Assembly (NCBI GenBank): GCA_951406725.2
Contig: OX597837.1
Location: 40,610,001 to 40,674,000, forward strand
Direction of reading: 5' to 3'
DNA: 64,000 nucleotides
From: Octopus vulgaris
Taxonomy: Eukaryota
The notes below the pieces were generated by a model. That model ran no database searches. It was given only the letters and a program-made list of their open reading frames with translations, and was not told the origin of the DNA. The position numbers and the translations under genes were made by a program. Positions 15,032 through 28,325 of this stretch are shown piece after piece (positions within the stretch are counted from its first letter, which is position 1; each line of letters opens with the position of its first letter).

Positions 15032-15441
15032 GTAGCGAGCTGGTATAATCGTCAGAACAACGTACGAAATGCTTATCGGAATTTCGTCCGTCGTTACGCG
15101 CTGAGTTCAAATACCACCAAGGTCGACTTCGCAATTCAGCCTTTCGGGGGTCGATAGAAAAAGTACCAGTTGTGCACTGGGGTCGATGTGATCGACTTAT
15201 TCGCCTCTTCCTAAATTACTGGCCTTGTGCCAAGATTTGGAACCGTTATTATTTGTTTTTCGTTTTTTTAATAATTCGACGAGCTGTCTGCTACGTCAGG
15301 TTATTAGTAAAAGTAGTTTATAGCAATTGTGTATGTTTCTGCCTATGTGTGTGCGTGTGTGTGTGCGTATGTCTACGTGTGTATGTGTGCCTGTATCTCT
15401 GTGGGTGTATATATATATATATATCTATATATATATATATG

Positions 15442-15520
<79 letters not shown>

Positions 15521-15739
15521 GCATACATATATATATTTATATATATATGTATATATATATATATATATATGATATATAATATATGCGTATGTATATGCGT
15601 GTGTGTGTGTGTGTCTACGTATAGAAGTTCAATACCATAAAATATAATGAACAGAGAAAAAAATAATTTGTATATATTTCAAAAGTTTTCTTTGACTTAC
15701 AGTTATAAAAGCATAACATGAACAACTGCAAAAGACACC

Positions 15740-15792
<53 letters not shown>

Positions 15793-15857
15793 TGATGATA
15801 ATGATGATGATGATAATAATAATAACAACAACAACAACAACAACAGTAACAATAATA

Positions 15858-15903
<46 letters not shown>

Positions 15904-16525
15904 TAATAATAATAATAATAATAATTTAAAAAATGATGATAATAATAATAATAATAATAATAATAATTCTTTTCATATCCTTCAATAATCACTGCACCAA
16001 ATAATGATGAGGAAAAAAATGCTATTCAAATGAGAAAAACGATGGGGGCGTAAAGGATTACTAACGTTCAATGAAAGTTACGGACGAGAGAGTACGGAAG
16101 CACAAAAGCAACACGAAGTAAAGAAAATATATAGCAAAGTGAGGAAAAGAATGCCGCGGAGAGAAAGAGAAGTTTTTTTGAGCTTAAAACTAAATTATAA
16201 AGCTAATAAGTAATGTGGCGTTTCCTGATTGGTTTCAAATATTAGATTCCTAGGGTTCGTTTGGCAGAATATATGAGGAATTCTATTGGAGAATCATGCA
16301 CGTATATTGAAAAATGCTCGAAGCTTACACACATACAGATATACAAATATACAAGTAAGAGGGAGGGCGTATAGAAAAACTCATTTGTATATACAATTAT
16401 GAAAATGTATTAGAAATTTGTGAATATAAATGCATATTATACATGCATTAACCAGTGCACACACACAGAGACACACACATACATGTATGCATATATATAT
16501 ATATATATATACATACATACATAAA

Positions 16526-16565
<40 letters not shown>

Positions 16566-16570
16566 CACTC

Positions 16571-16607
<37 letters not shown>

Positions 16608-16642
16608 TAAACTATATATATATATATATATATACATATACA

Positions 16643-16702
<60 letters not shown>

Positions 16703-17492
16703 TACACATACACTCATATATATATATATATGTATAGTAAACAGAAAATGGAGAGGCGCGGGCGTGATTGTGTGGTAAGAAGCTTGCTTCCCAACCACAT
16801 GGTTCCGGGTTCAGTCCAACTTGTGAGTGAATTTGGTAGGCCATGCGGATTTGGTAGGCAGAAACTGAAAGCAGGCGGTGAGCTGGTAGAATCGTTAGCA
16901 CGCCTGGCGAAGTGCTTAGCCGTATTTCGTCTGCCGTTACGTTCTGAGTTCAAATTCCGCCGAAGTCGACTTTGCCTTTCATTCTTTCGGGGTCGATATA
17001 ATCGACTTAATCCGTTTGTCTGTCCTTGTTTGTCCCCTCTGTGTGTAGCCCCTTGTGGGCAGTAAAGAAATAAGAAACTGAAAGAAGCTCGTCCTATGTA
17101 TGTATTATGTATGTATGTATGTATGTATGTGTGTGTATGTATGTATGTATGTGTGTGTATGTATGTATCTATATAATATAAATATCTAAATATATATGCA
17201 TACATACACATATATATGTACATACATATATCTGTATATACGAAAACATGGAATACGAACTTTCTTTTTGCAAACAACAAAAGAAACAAACTGAAAACAA
17301 GACAAGTAACAGAACAAAACGACCCTTCATCAGTTGTTGGCTGTTTTTCTACTTCGTATTTCGAGCATTTCGCAACAAGATACGTTTTCGACATCACAGT
17401 TGTTCTCGCAATATATAATATACATATATTTCATTTTTGTATTTAGCTTTTAGGATTCTTTACGTGAATTCGCGTGTTGAAGCATATTTTAC

Positions 17493-17688
17493 TGTGTCTG
17501 GGGAGAATCATTCTCTTTTAGTGTCTTATTAATTTAACACACTCACTGATATGATTTCCACTCGTTTTGCTTATTTATTTTTATCTTATAGTAAAAATTA
17601 GTAAAAATAAATAAGTAAATGAGTGGAAATTAGACCAGTGAGTGTGTTAAATTAATGAGGCAATAAAAGAGAATGACTCTCCCCAGAC

Positions 17689-17691
<3 letters not shown>
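17493..17691. repeat. Imperfect inverted repeat, ~90-bp arms
   Basis: tgtgtctggggaga...cttatttattttta pairs with taaaaataaataag...tctccccagacaca, with several mismatches. Ends just before (TA)n. Confidence 0.9.
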
Positions 17692-17743
<52 letters not shown>

Positions 17744-18054
17744 AATGTATAATTACACATTGGTGCGTGGTTTAGTTTTTATCTTTTGGGGCTACCGGTT
17801 TATAAGATAGCGCACGGCTTAGTGGTTAGATAAACCGGGCGGCGCGTGGTGCTTCCTATTACTCCGGCTTATCTTAGCGTAAACGCGATGTGTCTTCATG
17901 TTCCCGCTGGCACTAGAGTCTTAGATGACCCTTTCATCATGTGATATCAATGTTTTACCATTTTCTGTGAATGACGTTCTTTTCCTCTGTTGAATTTGAA
18001 GATTTTTTTTAATTGTATTGGCAATGATGAAAATAAGGTAATTTACACAAATGC

Positions 18055-18846
18055 TTGTACGTGTGTGTGTGTGTATTTGTATGCATGTGTCTGTGTTCAT
18101 GTGTGTGTGTATATCCATGTGTGTGTATTTGTGTATGTCTGTGCATATCTTTGTGTTTGTGTGTGCGTGTTTCTATGCACGTATAGGTTTGTGTGTGTAT
18201 CTGTATTAATGTGTGTGTGTATTTGTGTGTGTTTCCATGTACGTTTAGGTTTGTGTGTGTGTGTCTGTATTTATGTGTGTGTGTCTGTATTCATACGTGT
18301 GTGTCTGTATTCATGTGTGTGTGTGTGCATATCGTTGCGTTTGTGTGTGAGTGTTTCCATGTACGTGTAAGTTTGTGTATGTGTCTGTATTCATGTGCAT
18401 GTGTATATGCGTGCGTGTGTGTGTGTGTGTGTGCATACCTTTATGTTTGTGTGTGCGTGTTTCCATGTACGTGTATGTTTGTGTGTGTATTCGTATTCAT
18501 GCATGTGTGTATTTGTGTGTGTGGGTGTGTGTGCATATCTTTGCCTTTGTGTGTGCGTATTTCTATGTACGTGTAGGTGTGTGTGTGTGTATGTGTGTCT
18601 ATTTGTGTGTGTGTGCATATTGTTGTGTTTGTGTGTGCGTGTTTCAATGCATATGTAGGTTTGTGTGTGTATTTGTATTCATGTATGTCTGTATTTGCGT
18701 GCGTATGTGTGTGCAAATCTTTGTGTTTGTATGTTCGTGTAGGTTTGTGTATGTGTGTGTGTGTGTGTGTGTATTTGTGTGTGTGCATATCTTTGTGTTT
18801 GTGTGTGCATGTTTCCATGTACGTATAGGTTTGTGTGTGTGTGTGT
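18055..18846. repeat. Compound TG-rich minisatellite
   Basis: Recurring gtttccatgtacgtataggtttg / tgtattcatg / gtgcatatctttg modules separated by (TG)n. Confidence 0.8.
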
Positions 18847-19132
18847 AACAGGAAAGTTGTGTGCTTCCATATATCTTCCCCGTCATCTCAACAACTGTTG
18901 TTTTTTCTTTATAAATGCATGTACGTGTGTGTATCTACATATGTGCATGTGTGTGTGTGCATGCATGCATGCGTGTATCTACGCGTGCATATCTTTGAAA
19001 TTATCGTGTGTCTATATATGTACAGTTTTGAGCGCATCTGTATATCAAGGTAATTGTGTGCTTCCATATATCAGCCTCTACCCCACTCCAACGCCTCAAC
19101 AACTGTCGTTTTCTTTATATAAATATATGTGC

Positions 19133-19192
<60 letters not shown>

Positions 19193-20069
19193 ATCAATGT
19201 GTCCATATCTTTGTGTTTTCATTGTGTGTCTATTGTACGTAGAGTTTTGAGCGCGCCTGTATATCATGGCAGTTATGTGCTTCCATACATCTTCACCGCC
19301 CGCACCATCCTTCCAGCAACTGTCGGTCGCCGTCTCTCTCCTTTCTCTCCATATATCATCGCACTCATTCTCTCGTTCCTGCAATTCCTTAAACTGTCAA
19401 CGGAAGCGTAATTGTGTGTCTGGTTGTTTGACGTAATGAATCTAAACCCACCAACCATCACCGCCCACCACCCACCGCGCCCTCCTTACCCATTTCCTTC
19501 CAGCAACACATCAACCTGTCATTTTTTTTTCTTTTGCACTGTTTAGCATTGTAAATTCCTCGTTTTCACATGTGGTTCTCTTTTTAATGTCGCTAATTCG
19601 ACCATTTCTTTTCACCTTAGAACTTCTGTTATTTTTTATACATATATATTCGCTTTTTTTTTCCTCTCAAATTCGTTTTTTCGAATTCTAGTTTTGTTAT
19701 TGTACAAGTTTTTTCTTTCTACACTAATTATACGTTCTTTCTGTTCACCAAAGTCCCTTTGTATCCTTTTCACGGCGTTTTATTTTCTAATAAATGCTTC
19801 TGTACTTTCTCAACCAATAAATGTGTGATACTTAGCACCAACTTGCTGTAGCAATGTTTCTCGTGTCTCTTTGAACTTGTTTCTTTCATTAAACATCAAT
19901 TTTTTGTTTCTATTATTTCTTTTTAATTTCATTTTTGCTGAGTTCAAAACATTTTACCTTTCTAATATTCTTACCTGGGTCACATTTTAGTGTCATCTTT
20001 GTTTTGTATTCTCCTTTATGTATGTATATTGTTTCATATTGTTTTGCTGGAGATGCTGGTCTTCCGATT

Positions 20070-20535
20070 AACTCTTCTCTTTTGAGCAGACTTATGATTA
20101 AAAGCGCTCCTTCTGTGGCCACTACATATTATTTCACTCTTTTTGTATCTAGAACTGCATCATCTAGTTGTGCTTCTATCTAGGGAAAAAGTCCTAATTT
20201 GAGGGAGTTTCGTTGTTGGTGATTTTTATTCCGAAATAAACTCCTCATTTTGAGTAAATTATGATTAAAAGCGTTCCTTTTGTGGCTACCTCATATCATT
20301 TCAGTCTTGTTGTATCTAGGACTGCATCATCTAAATGTGCTTCTGTTTAGAAAAAGGGATCTAACTCCCCGTTAAAAAAGGGTTCTAATTAGAAAAAAGG
20401 GATCTAATTACCTGTTGATGCTTATACCCAAATCAACTCTTCTCTTTTTAACAAAACTATGATTAAAAGCCTTCTTGCTGTGACCACCACGCATTATGAT
20501 TTATCTAAGACTCCGTCATCTAGCTGTGATTCCAT
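20070..20535. repeat. Degenerate ~170-190-bp triplication
   Basis: tatgattaaaagc...ctt..gtg.c.ac...tatctag.actgcatcatcta..tgtg recurs near 20092, 20259 and 20458. Confidence 0.75.
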
Positions 20536-20717
20536 TTTGAAAACAAAATTTATGTCACGTGGCTGTGTAATAAGAAGCTTGCTTCACAACCACATTGTTC
20601 TGGGTTCAGTCCCACTGCGTGGCACCTTGGGCAAGTTTCTTCTACTATAGCCTCGGCCCGACCAAAGCCTTGTCACTGGATCTGGTAGACGGGAACTGGA
20701 AGAAACCCATCCTATAC

Positions 20718-20762
<45 letters not shown>

Positions 20763-20866
20763 CGTAACCGACCAGGCTATTAGATGTTGCTATACATCGC
20801 TAGTCACAATGCGCTTCGCATTGTTTTACCCTGCAAATGACGCCATCCCGCTGGCTAAGCGAATAG

Positions 20867-20922
<56 letters not shown>

Positions 20923-21399
20923 AGACGGGTTTCTTTCAGTTTCCGTCAACCAAATCTGCTCACAAGTCTTTGGTCGGCCCGAGGCTATAGCGGAAGACAC
21001 TTGCCCAAGATGCCACGCAGTGGGACTAAACCCAGGACCATGTGGTTGGGAAGCAAGCTACTTATCACACAACCACTCCTGCCCCTATGTTAATAAAATA
21101 ATTTTTGGGGGTCGATAAAATAAAATAGCAGGCACGGATCAATAAATAATAGACAGAACAAAATATAATAGAAGTCGCGGTTCGGTAAAATGAAAAAGGA
21201 TCTTAGTTCGATTAAATGAATACAGATTTTCCGATCGATAAGACAAAATCCAATTTCGAGTTTCTAAAATATAGTAAGTGTCGAATCGATGAAATGAAGT
21301 ACAATGTTGGATCACGAAATAAAGTACAACCTTAGGGTGTTAAAATAAAGAAAGAGCCTTGGGTCGATAAAATAAAGTACACATATTGTACTAAATAAA

Positions 21400-22195
21400 A
21401 TAATAAATGTGCCCTTTAAAAGCCTAGCCAGGTTCATGGGCCAGTTTCCCAGTTTCTATAGCGTATGTGTTCCCTAGCGGGACGGGACGCCAGTCCATCG
21501 CAGCATTACTCATTTTTGCCAGCTGAGTGGACTGGAGCAACGTAAAATGAAGTGTTTTGCTCAAGAACACAATGTCTCGCCTGGTCCAAGAATCGAAACC
21601 ACAACCTTATTATCATGGTGCTGACACCCTAACTGCTGGCACCCTAACCACTAAGCCACATGCCTCCACAAATAAATGCGCCCTTTTAAAGCCTAGCCAG
21701 GCTCGTGGGCCCGGTTCCCCGGTTTCAATGGCGTATGTGTTCCCTAGCGGGACGGGACGCCAGTCCATCGCAGCATTACTCATTTTTGCCAGCTGAGTGG
21801 ACTGGAGCAACGTGAAATGAAGTGTTTTGCTCAAGAACACAACACGTCGCCCGGTCCAGGAATTGAAACCACAACCTTATTATCATGGTGCTGACACCCT
21901 AACTGCTGACACCCTAACCACTAAGCCACGTGCCTCCACAAATAAATGCACCCTTTTAAAGCCTAGCCAGGCTCGTGGGCCCGGTTTCCCGGTTTCCATG
22001 GCGTATGTGTTCCCCAGCTGGATGGGACGCCAGTCCATCGCAGCGTTACTCATTTTTGCCAGCTGAGTGGACTGGAACAACGTGAAATGAAGTGTTTTTC
22101 TCAAGAACACAACGCGTCTCCCGGTCCAGGAATCGAAACCACAATCTTACGATCATGATGCTGACACCCCTAACCATTAAGCCACGCGCCTCCAC
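21400..22195 (-). mobile_element. Head-to-tail trimer of a ~270-bp tRNA-derived SINE (family D)
   Basis: Three units with a 270-bp period. Each starts gtggaggc.cgtggctta.tggttagg...gtttcgattc and ends in a T-rich tail on the minus strand. Confidence 0.85.
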
Positions 22196-22756
22196 ATACA
22201 AATATTGTACTACTGAAATAAAATATAATGTTGGATCGCTAAAATAAAGTACAAGTCTCCGATTGATAAAATATATATTGTACTGGAAAATGTAGGTGCC
22301 CAGGCGGCCTTCTTTAAAAAGGTATAAGCCCCGTGCCTTTGCAACATTGATCCAAGAAAAGAGTACAAGTCTTGGAGCGATAAAAGAAGTACAATCTTCG
22401 GTTACTAAAACAAAGTACAGCCTTTGGTTGTTAATTTAAAAATGCAACATCGAATCGATAAAATGAGGTAGAAATCTTGTGCTAAAATAAGTAAAATATG
22501 GGACACTAAATCTAACTACAGTCTTGGGTCCACAAATAATCTATAATCTAGGGTCATTAAAATCATCACAGCCTTCAGTTAAGAAGATAAAGTAGCAGGC
22601 AAAAATCGATAAGTAAAAGACGAATCTCACAAATAATATATATTCGCGGAAATTAAAAATATTTCACGGAATCTATGTGTTCTACTGTTTCTGCCACTCC
22701 AGAGTTAATCACCCTTTGTTCGTTCGATAAATAAAATACAAATCTTGCGTCACGAA

Positions 22757-23900
22757 AATAAAGTATAATTACGGGTCGCTAAAGTCAAACACAGCCTTGG
22801 GTCGTTAATATAACGTACTTTTATCATTTCTATCTTCTTGCATCTCTAGCAGTTTATTGCATTTCCATGACCTGAAAATATCTCTTCCCCGCCGTTTTGC
22901 ATTGCTAAATAAAGTATAATTACGGGTCGCTAAAATCAAATACAGCTTCGGGTCGTTAACATAACCTACCATTTTCATCTCTATTTTCATGTATTTCTAG
23001 CAGTTTATTGAATTGCCATGTCCTGAAAATATCTCTTCCCCGCCGTTTTCCATTGCTAAATAAAGCATAATTACGGGTCGCTAAAATCAAATACAGCTTC
23101 GGGTCGTTAACATAACCTACCATTTTCATCTCTATTTTCATGTATTTCTAGCAGTTTATTGAATTGCCATGTCCTGAAAATATCTCTTCCCCGCCGTTTT
23201 CCATTGCTAAATAAAGTATAATTACGGGTCGCTAAAATCAAATACAGCTTCGGGTCGTTAACATAACCTACCATTTTCATCTCTATTTTCATGTATTTCT
23301 AGCAGTTTATTGCATTTCCACGACCTGAAAATATCTCTTCCCCGCCGTTTTGCATTGCTAAGTAAAGCATAATTACGGGTCGCTAAAATCAAATACAGCT
23401 TCCGGTCGTTAACATAACCTACCATTTTCATCTCTATTTTCATGTATTTCTAGCAGTTTATTGCATTTCCATGTCCTGAAAATATCTCTTCCCCGCCGTT
23501 TTGCATTGCTAAATAAAGTATAATTATGGGTCGCTAAAATCAAATACAGCTTCGGGTCGTTAACACAACCTACCATTTTCATCTCTATTTTCATGTATTT
23601 CTAGCAGTTTATTGCATTTCCACGACCTGAAAATATCTCTTCCCCGCCGTTTTGCATTGCTAAGTAAAGCATAATTACGGGTCGCTAAAATCAAATACAG
23701 CTTCCGGTCGTTAACATAACCTACCATTTTCATCTCTATTTTCATGTATTTCTAGCAGTTTATTGCATTTCCATGTCCTGAAAATATCTCTTCCCCGCCG
23801 TTTTCCATTGCTAAATAAAGTATAATTATGGGTCGCTAAAATCAAATACAGCTTCGGGTCGTTAACACAACCTACCATTTTCATCTCTATCTTCTTGTAT
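22757..23900. repeat. 151-bp tandem repeat, ~7.5 copies
   Basis: Unit aataaagtataattacgggtcgctaaaatcaaatacagcttcgggtcgttaac...ttccccgccgttttgcattgcta. ORF-track entries recur every 151 bp. Confidence 0.95.
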
Positions 23901-24237
23901 CTCACAAAGTTTTATCATATTTTCATGTCCTTAAAGGACCCCCTTCCCTTCTTGTTTTGATCTACATTCTTGTATTTACAATACAAAAGCTGTTTTTGTA
24001 GTCAATACGATCTATTATCGCTGCTCCTTTTTCTTCTCCTACGACTGTCTTTTTTTTATTTAGTGTTTCTCTAACTATTGTTGTTCAATAAATGTTTTCG
24101 TTGCTTGTAGATGTTTATTTTTACTTTTCATACTATTCTCGAAACTATACGATCGATTAATCTATGAATTCTTAAGATTCTTTCCTTTATATTCCTTACA
24201 CCCACACCTCTATATCTATATCTATATATCTACCTAC

Positions 24238-24311
<74 letters not shown>

Positions 24312-24334
24312 CTATAAATATATATATATATATA

Positions 24335-24530
24335 TAATTTTAATCCAAACGGGAAACAAAAAAACAACAACAATGGAACAATTACAGTATTATTATTAAT
24401 AGGCGCTCAGGAAATGGAAGCAGGGAGGTATGACGTTAAGAGCGGAGCTCTTCGTCGGAAACATAAAGAAGGAAGAGAGAGGAAAGAAAGATCCCGGAGC
24501 GGGCAACGGAGATAGAGAAAAAACGACTGG
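24335..24530 (-). mobile_element. Diverged relative of the variant-hammerhead repeat family
   Basis: The minus strand reads CCGACGA-A-GAGC-UCC-GCUC-UUAAC-GUC. It shares ggcgctcaggaa with the 7555 copy and abuts (TA)n. Confidence 0.45.
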
Positions 24531-24968
24531 TGTTAGGAGTAGCACATGGTGAAAGGCGGATGTTTACGATAACAAGAGCAAAGTGGGTTTTTAAAGGCAA
24601 AAGAGTGGAGACAAGGTTGGTAACGCAACAGATGTGTGTGTATGTGTGAGTGTGTGCGTGTGCGTGTGTGTATGTGTGTGTGTGAGGCGAGGTAAAAAAA
24701 CAAAAAATATATGTATGTGTTAGTGTGTGCGTCTGTGTGTAGGCGTGTGAGGTAGGGCGAGACGGTGGTCAGCATAGCAGCAGCATAGCAGACAAAGGTC
24801 AGTAGTGAGAAAAGGGAGGAAGGAGGAAGGGAGGGAGGGGAAGGGGTGGGGGCGTATGTAGCGTGCCAGCGTGTGTTGAGTAGTAGTGTGTGTGTGTGTC
24901 CAGTGTCGTGGTAGTATTAGTGGCGAGTAGATTGAATGTGTGTAAGAGTAATGTATATGTTTAAGCAA

Positions 24969-24999
<31 letters not shown>

Positions 25000-25093
25000 G
25001 TATATATATACATACATCTACATAATATATATGCATGTATGTATGTATATATGTATATACATACATCTACATATATATATATATATATGTATG

Positions 25094-25135
<42 letters not shown>

Positions 25136-25147
25136 CATACATCTACG

Positions 25148-25181
<34 letters not shown>

Positions 25182-25185
25182 CATA

Positions 25186-25284
<99 letters not shown>

Positions 25285-25998
25285 ATTTATGTATGAGAGA
25301 GAGTGCGCATCGTTAGGGTGTTGCAATCACGATCTAGCGTTCGCGATTTCAAATCCTCGGCCGGGTGGTGGCATTGTGTTCTTTGAGCAAAACACTTCAT
25401 CTCAAGTGGCACTGTGATCACTTTAACACCTGATGCGTGGTACACCGTGCACCCGTTCAGGCAACGCCGATTTGATGGAGTGACTGAGCACTTCATCCTT
25501 ATAAACAAATCATCTGTTCCATTTCTAACTCCATTCCATCGCCATTCGGTTGTCGGTAGCTCAGCAAAGATGTCTTTTCTCACCATATAACTTGCACGAT
25601 ATTTTTCCTCCACTTCATTCAAAAACAAAATTATGTTGGCGTAACTGTGTGGTAAGAAGCTTGCTTACAAACCACATCGTTTCGGATTCAGTCGCTTTGC
25701 GTTGCACCATGGGCAATCAAAGCCTTGTGAATGGATTTGGTGGATGGGAACTAAAAGAAGCCCTCTTGTGCTGTCTTGTTCCTCCGCACCACTACGAAAC
25801 TCTATGAAATGATTAAAATTCCCCACAAAGGAATTATTTTGATTTGAAAACCCCACTAGAATGGGAGAAAGCGCTAATGATCTAAATGATATGATATATA
25901 TGTAAAAAAATGTAATATATAAATAAATATCTGTAAATATAAACCATCCGATCTTCTGATTACCTCATTTCTTCTAATATATATATATATATATATAT

Positions 25999-26201
25999 AT
26001 CAACAATCAAGGAACGGCCATAATAGGCCATTCACCCACTAGAAATAACAGCCAAAGCTTCAACCGCAAATAAAAGTTAATTCCGTAAACCAGGAGTAAA
26101 TTTTCTCCTGGTTTACGGAATTAACTTTTATTTGCGGTTGAAGCTTTGCTGTTATTTCTAGTGGGTGAATGGCCTATTATGGCCGTTCCTTGATTGTTGA
26201 T
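25999..26201. repeat. Near-perfect palindrome, ~98-bp arms
   Basis: atcaacaatcaagg...aaccaggag-taaatttt-ctcctggtt...ccttgattgttgat. One indel between arms. Starts directly after (TA)n. Confidence 0.95.
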
Positions 26202-26298
26202 GTTGAACTTAAAAATGGTCTATGACTATTTAATTTTTTCCTACTAGGCCGCTGGTGGCAAAAGAATTCTACAAAATTTTTTTTGCCACCCTATATTG

Positions 26299-26377
<79 letters not shown>

Positions 26378-26402
26378 ATGTATATGTATGTATGTATATG
26401 TA

Positions 26403-26620
26403 TGCCTGCGGCATTTCAGTCCGTGGCTGGGAATCGCTTGCCTCTGACCGCGACGCCTGGCGCCCAGCTGTCCAAAAGGGTCTTAGGGAAAGAGCCTGGA
26501 CCAGAAGCGAGAAGCCCGAAAAGAGAAGATCCCCAACCCTACTTCTGCTGTTACGTGCCCAACATTTGGCCGCGTTTGCGCGTCCGTCTTCGGGTTACGT
26601 TCCCATCTCCGGCATCACTT
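26403..26620 (+). mobile_element. Decayed RTE-type LINE C-terminal fragment
   Basis: ACGISVRGWESLASDRDAWRPAVQKG matches the W..LA.DR..WR motif near the end of RTE ORFs. Confidence 0.65.
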
Positions 26621-28206
26621 GACGTCATTGTCGAACCCCGATAGACTTCCATTACGTATGTATATATGTGTGTGCATATACGTGTGTATGTACGTGTGTA
26701 TGTGTGTTTTTGTATTTGTGTCTGTAATTGTTCCCACCACCGCTTGACCACCGGCATTTCTTTGTCTAAGATTCTGTAACCAAGCGGTTAAGCAAAATAA
26801 GCCAATAGGATAATCGCCAGAATTAAAAGAAAAATACGTACAGGGATCGATTTGTGCATAGCCGCAGTTCAATGACTGACACAAATATAATATAATATAA
26901 GGATAATTTATGTTGTTTTCACTTATATTAATGATCGTATCTATCATTCACATTCTATATTTTCTATTGTCTTCGATGATTTATGATTAATGTTTAATAA
27001 GTATTAACTAAAGTGGCACTAAACGCTGTACAATCAGATCAAGTTTGTTTTCTTGTAGCTATACCATAACCTCAAAGACATTAGTCCAATTCTTACTGGT
27101 GGTTGTTTTGGCCTTCCTCGACAACTAAAATGTCTCGTTCTATATTTAGAAGAATTATGTAGATAGGGTGGTCGTCTTGGTCAATACACTCTATATTCAT
27201 TTCTTTATTGCCCACAAGGGGCGAAACATAGAGGGGACAAACAAGGACAGGCAAAGGGATTAAGTCGATCCAATGCGTAACTGGTACTTATTTAATCGAC
27301 CCCGAGAGGATAAAATGCAAAGTCGACCTCGGCTGAATTTGAACTCAAAACGTAACGGCAGACGAAATACCTATTTGAGAGGCAAACCACAGAACCACGC
27401 ATCCACCGCTTCTCATATTTCCTTCTTTCCTTCCTTTACCACGCACCAACTCTCTCTCACTCTCTCTCTCTCTCTCTTCTTCTCTCTCACTCTATCCTCT
27501 TGCCCTCTCTCTCTCCCTTCCTCTCCCGTCTCTCTCACACCTTTTCTTCGTCTCCCTCCCTCCCGCCCTGTCTCACTCTAACTTCTTATTTCTCTCCGTC
27601 CTGCACTCCTCTCTCTTCCTTCTACTCTCCAGATGCTCTCCCTCCCCTCCCTATCGTTTTCTCCTCTTACCTCTATTCTAATACCCTATTCTCTGTTTCC
27701 TCCTCCTTCTCTATCTCTTCCTCCCTCCTTCCCTTCTCTCTACATACCCCTACATCACGGTGTAAAGAAGGCTAAAAATTTTGGCACAAGGCCTGCAATT
27801 TCGGGAGAGGTGGGGGTAATTCGATTACATCACCCACCCACCCACCCCAGTGCTCAACTTGTACTTCATTTATCGACCCAGAAGGAGATAAAAGGCAAAG
27901 TCGACTTCGGCGGAATTTGAACTCAGAACATAACGAAGGACGAAATACCGCAAAGCACTTCCCCTCCCCCCGGGGGCGCGAACGATTCTTCCAGATCGCA
28001 GCCTCAAAACCAAAGTGTTATATGAACGTATCAACTTTCACACCATCCTCATCATTTTTCCTCATTTTCAGTTTCCAAATTCGAATCACGTCATTGAAAC
28101 GAATCATTTACCATCATCCATGCAACACTTTCATTCTTTCTTTTAAATATTTCCGCATTGTCTGCTGCTGCTGCTGCTGCTGCTGCTGCAGCTAGTACTA
28201 CTACTG

Positions 28207-28265
<59 letters not shown>

Positions 28266-28284
28266 TCTACTTCTTCTTCTTCTT

Positions 28285-28325
<41 letters not shown>

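Noticed and set aside
22805-23905. Seven near-identical 61-64 aa ORFs, or a CRISPR-like array
   Set aside because: These are by-products of the 151-bp tandem unit, which is not a multiple of 3. There are no unique spacers and no cas genes, and the context is eukaryotic.
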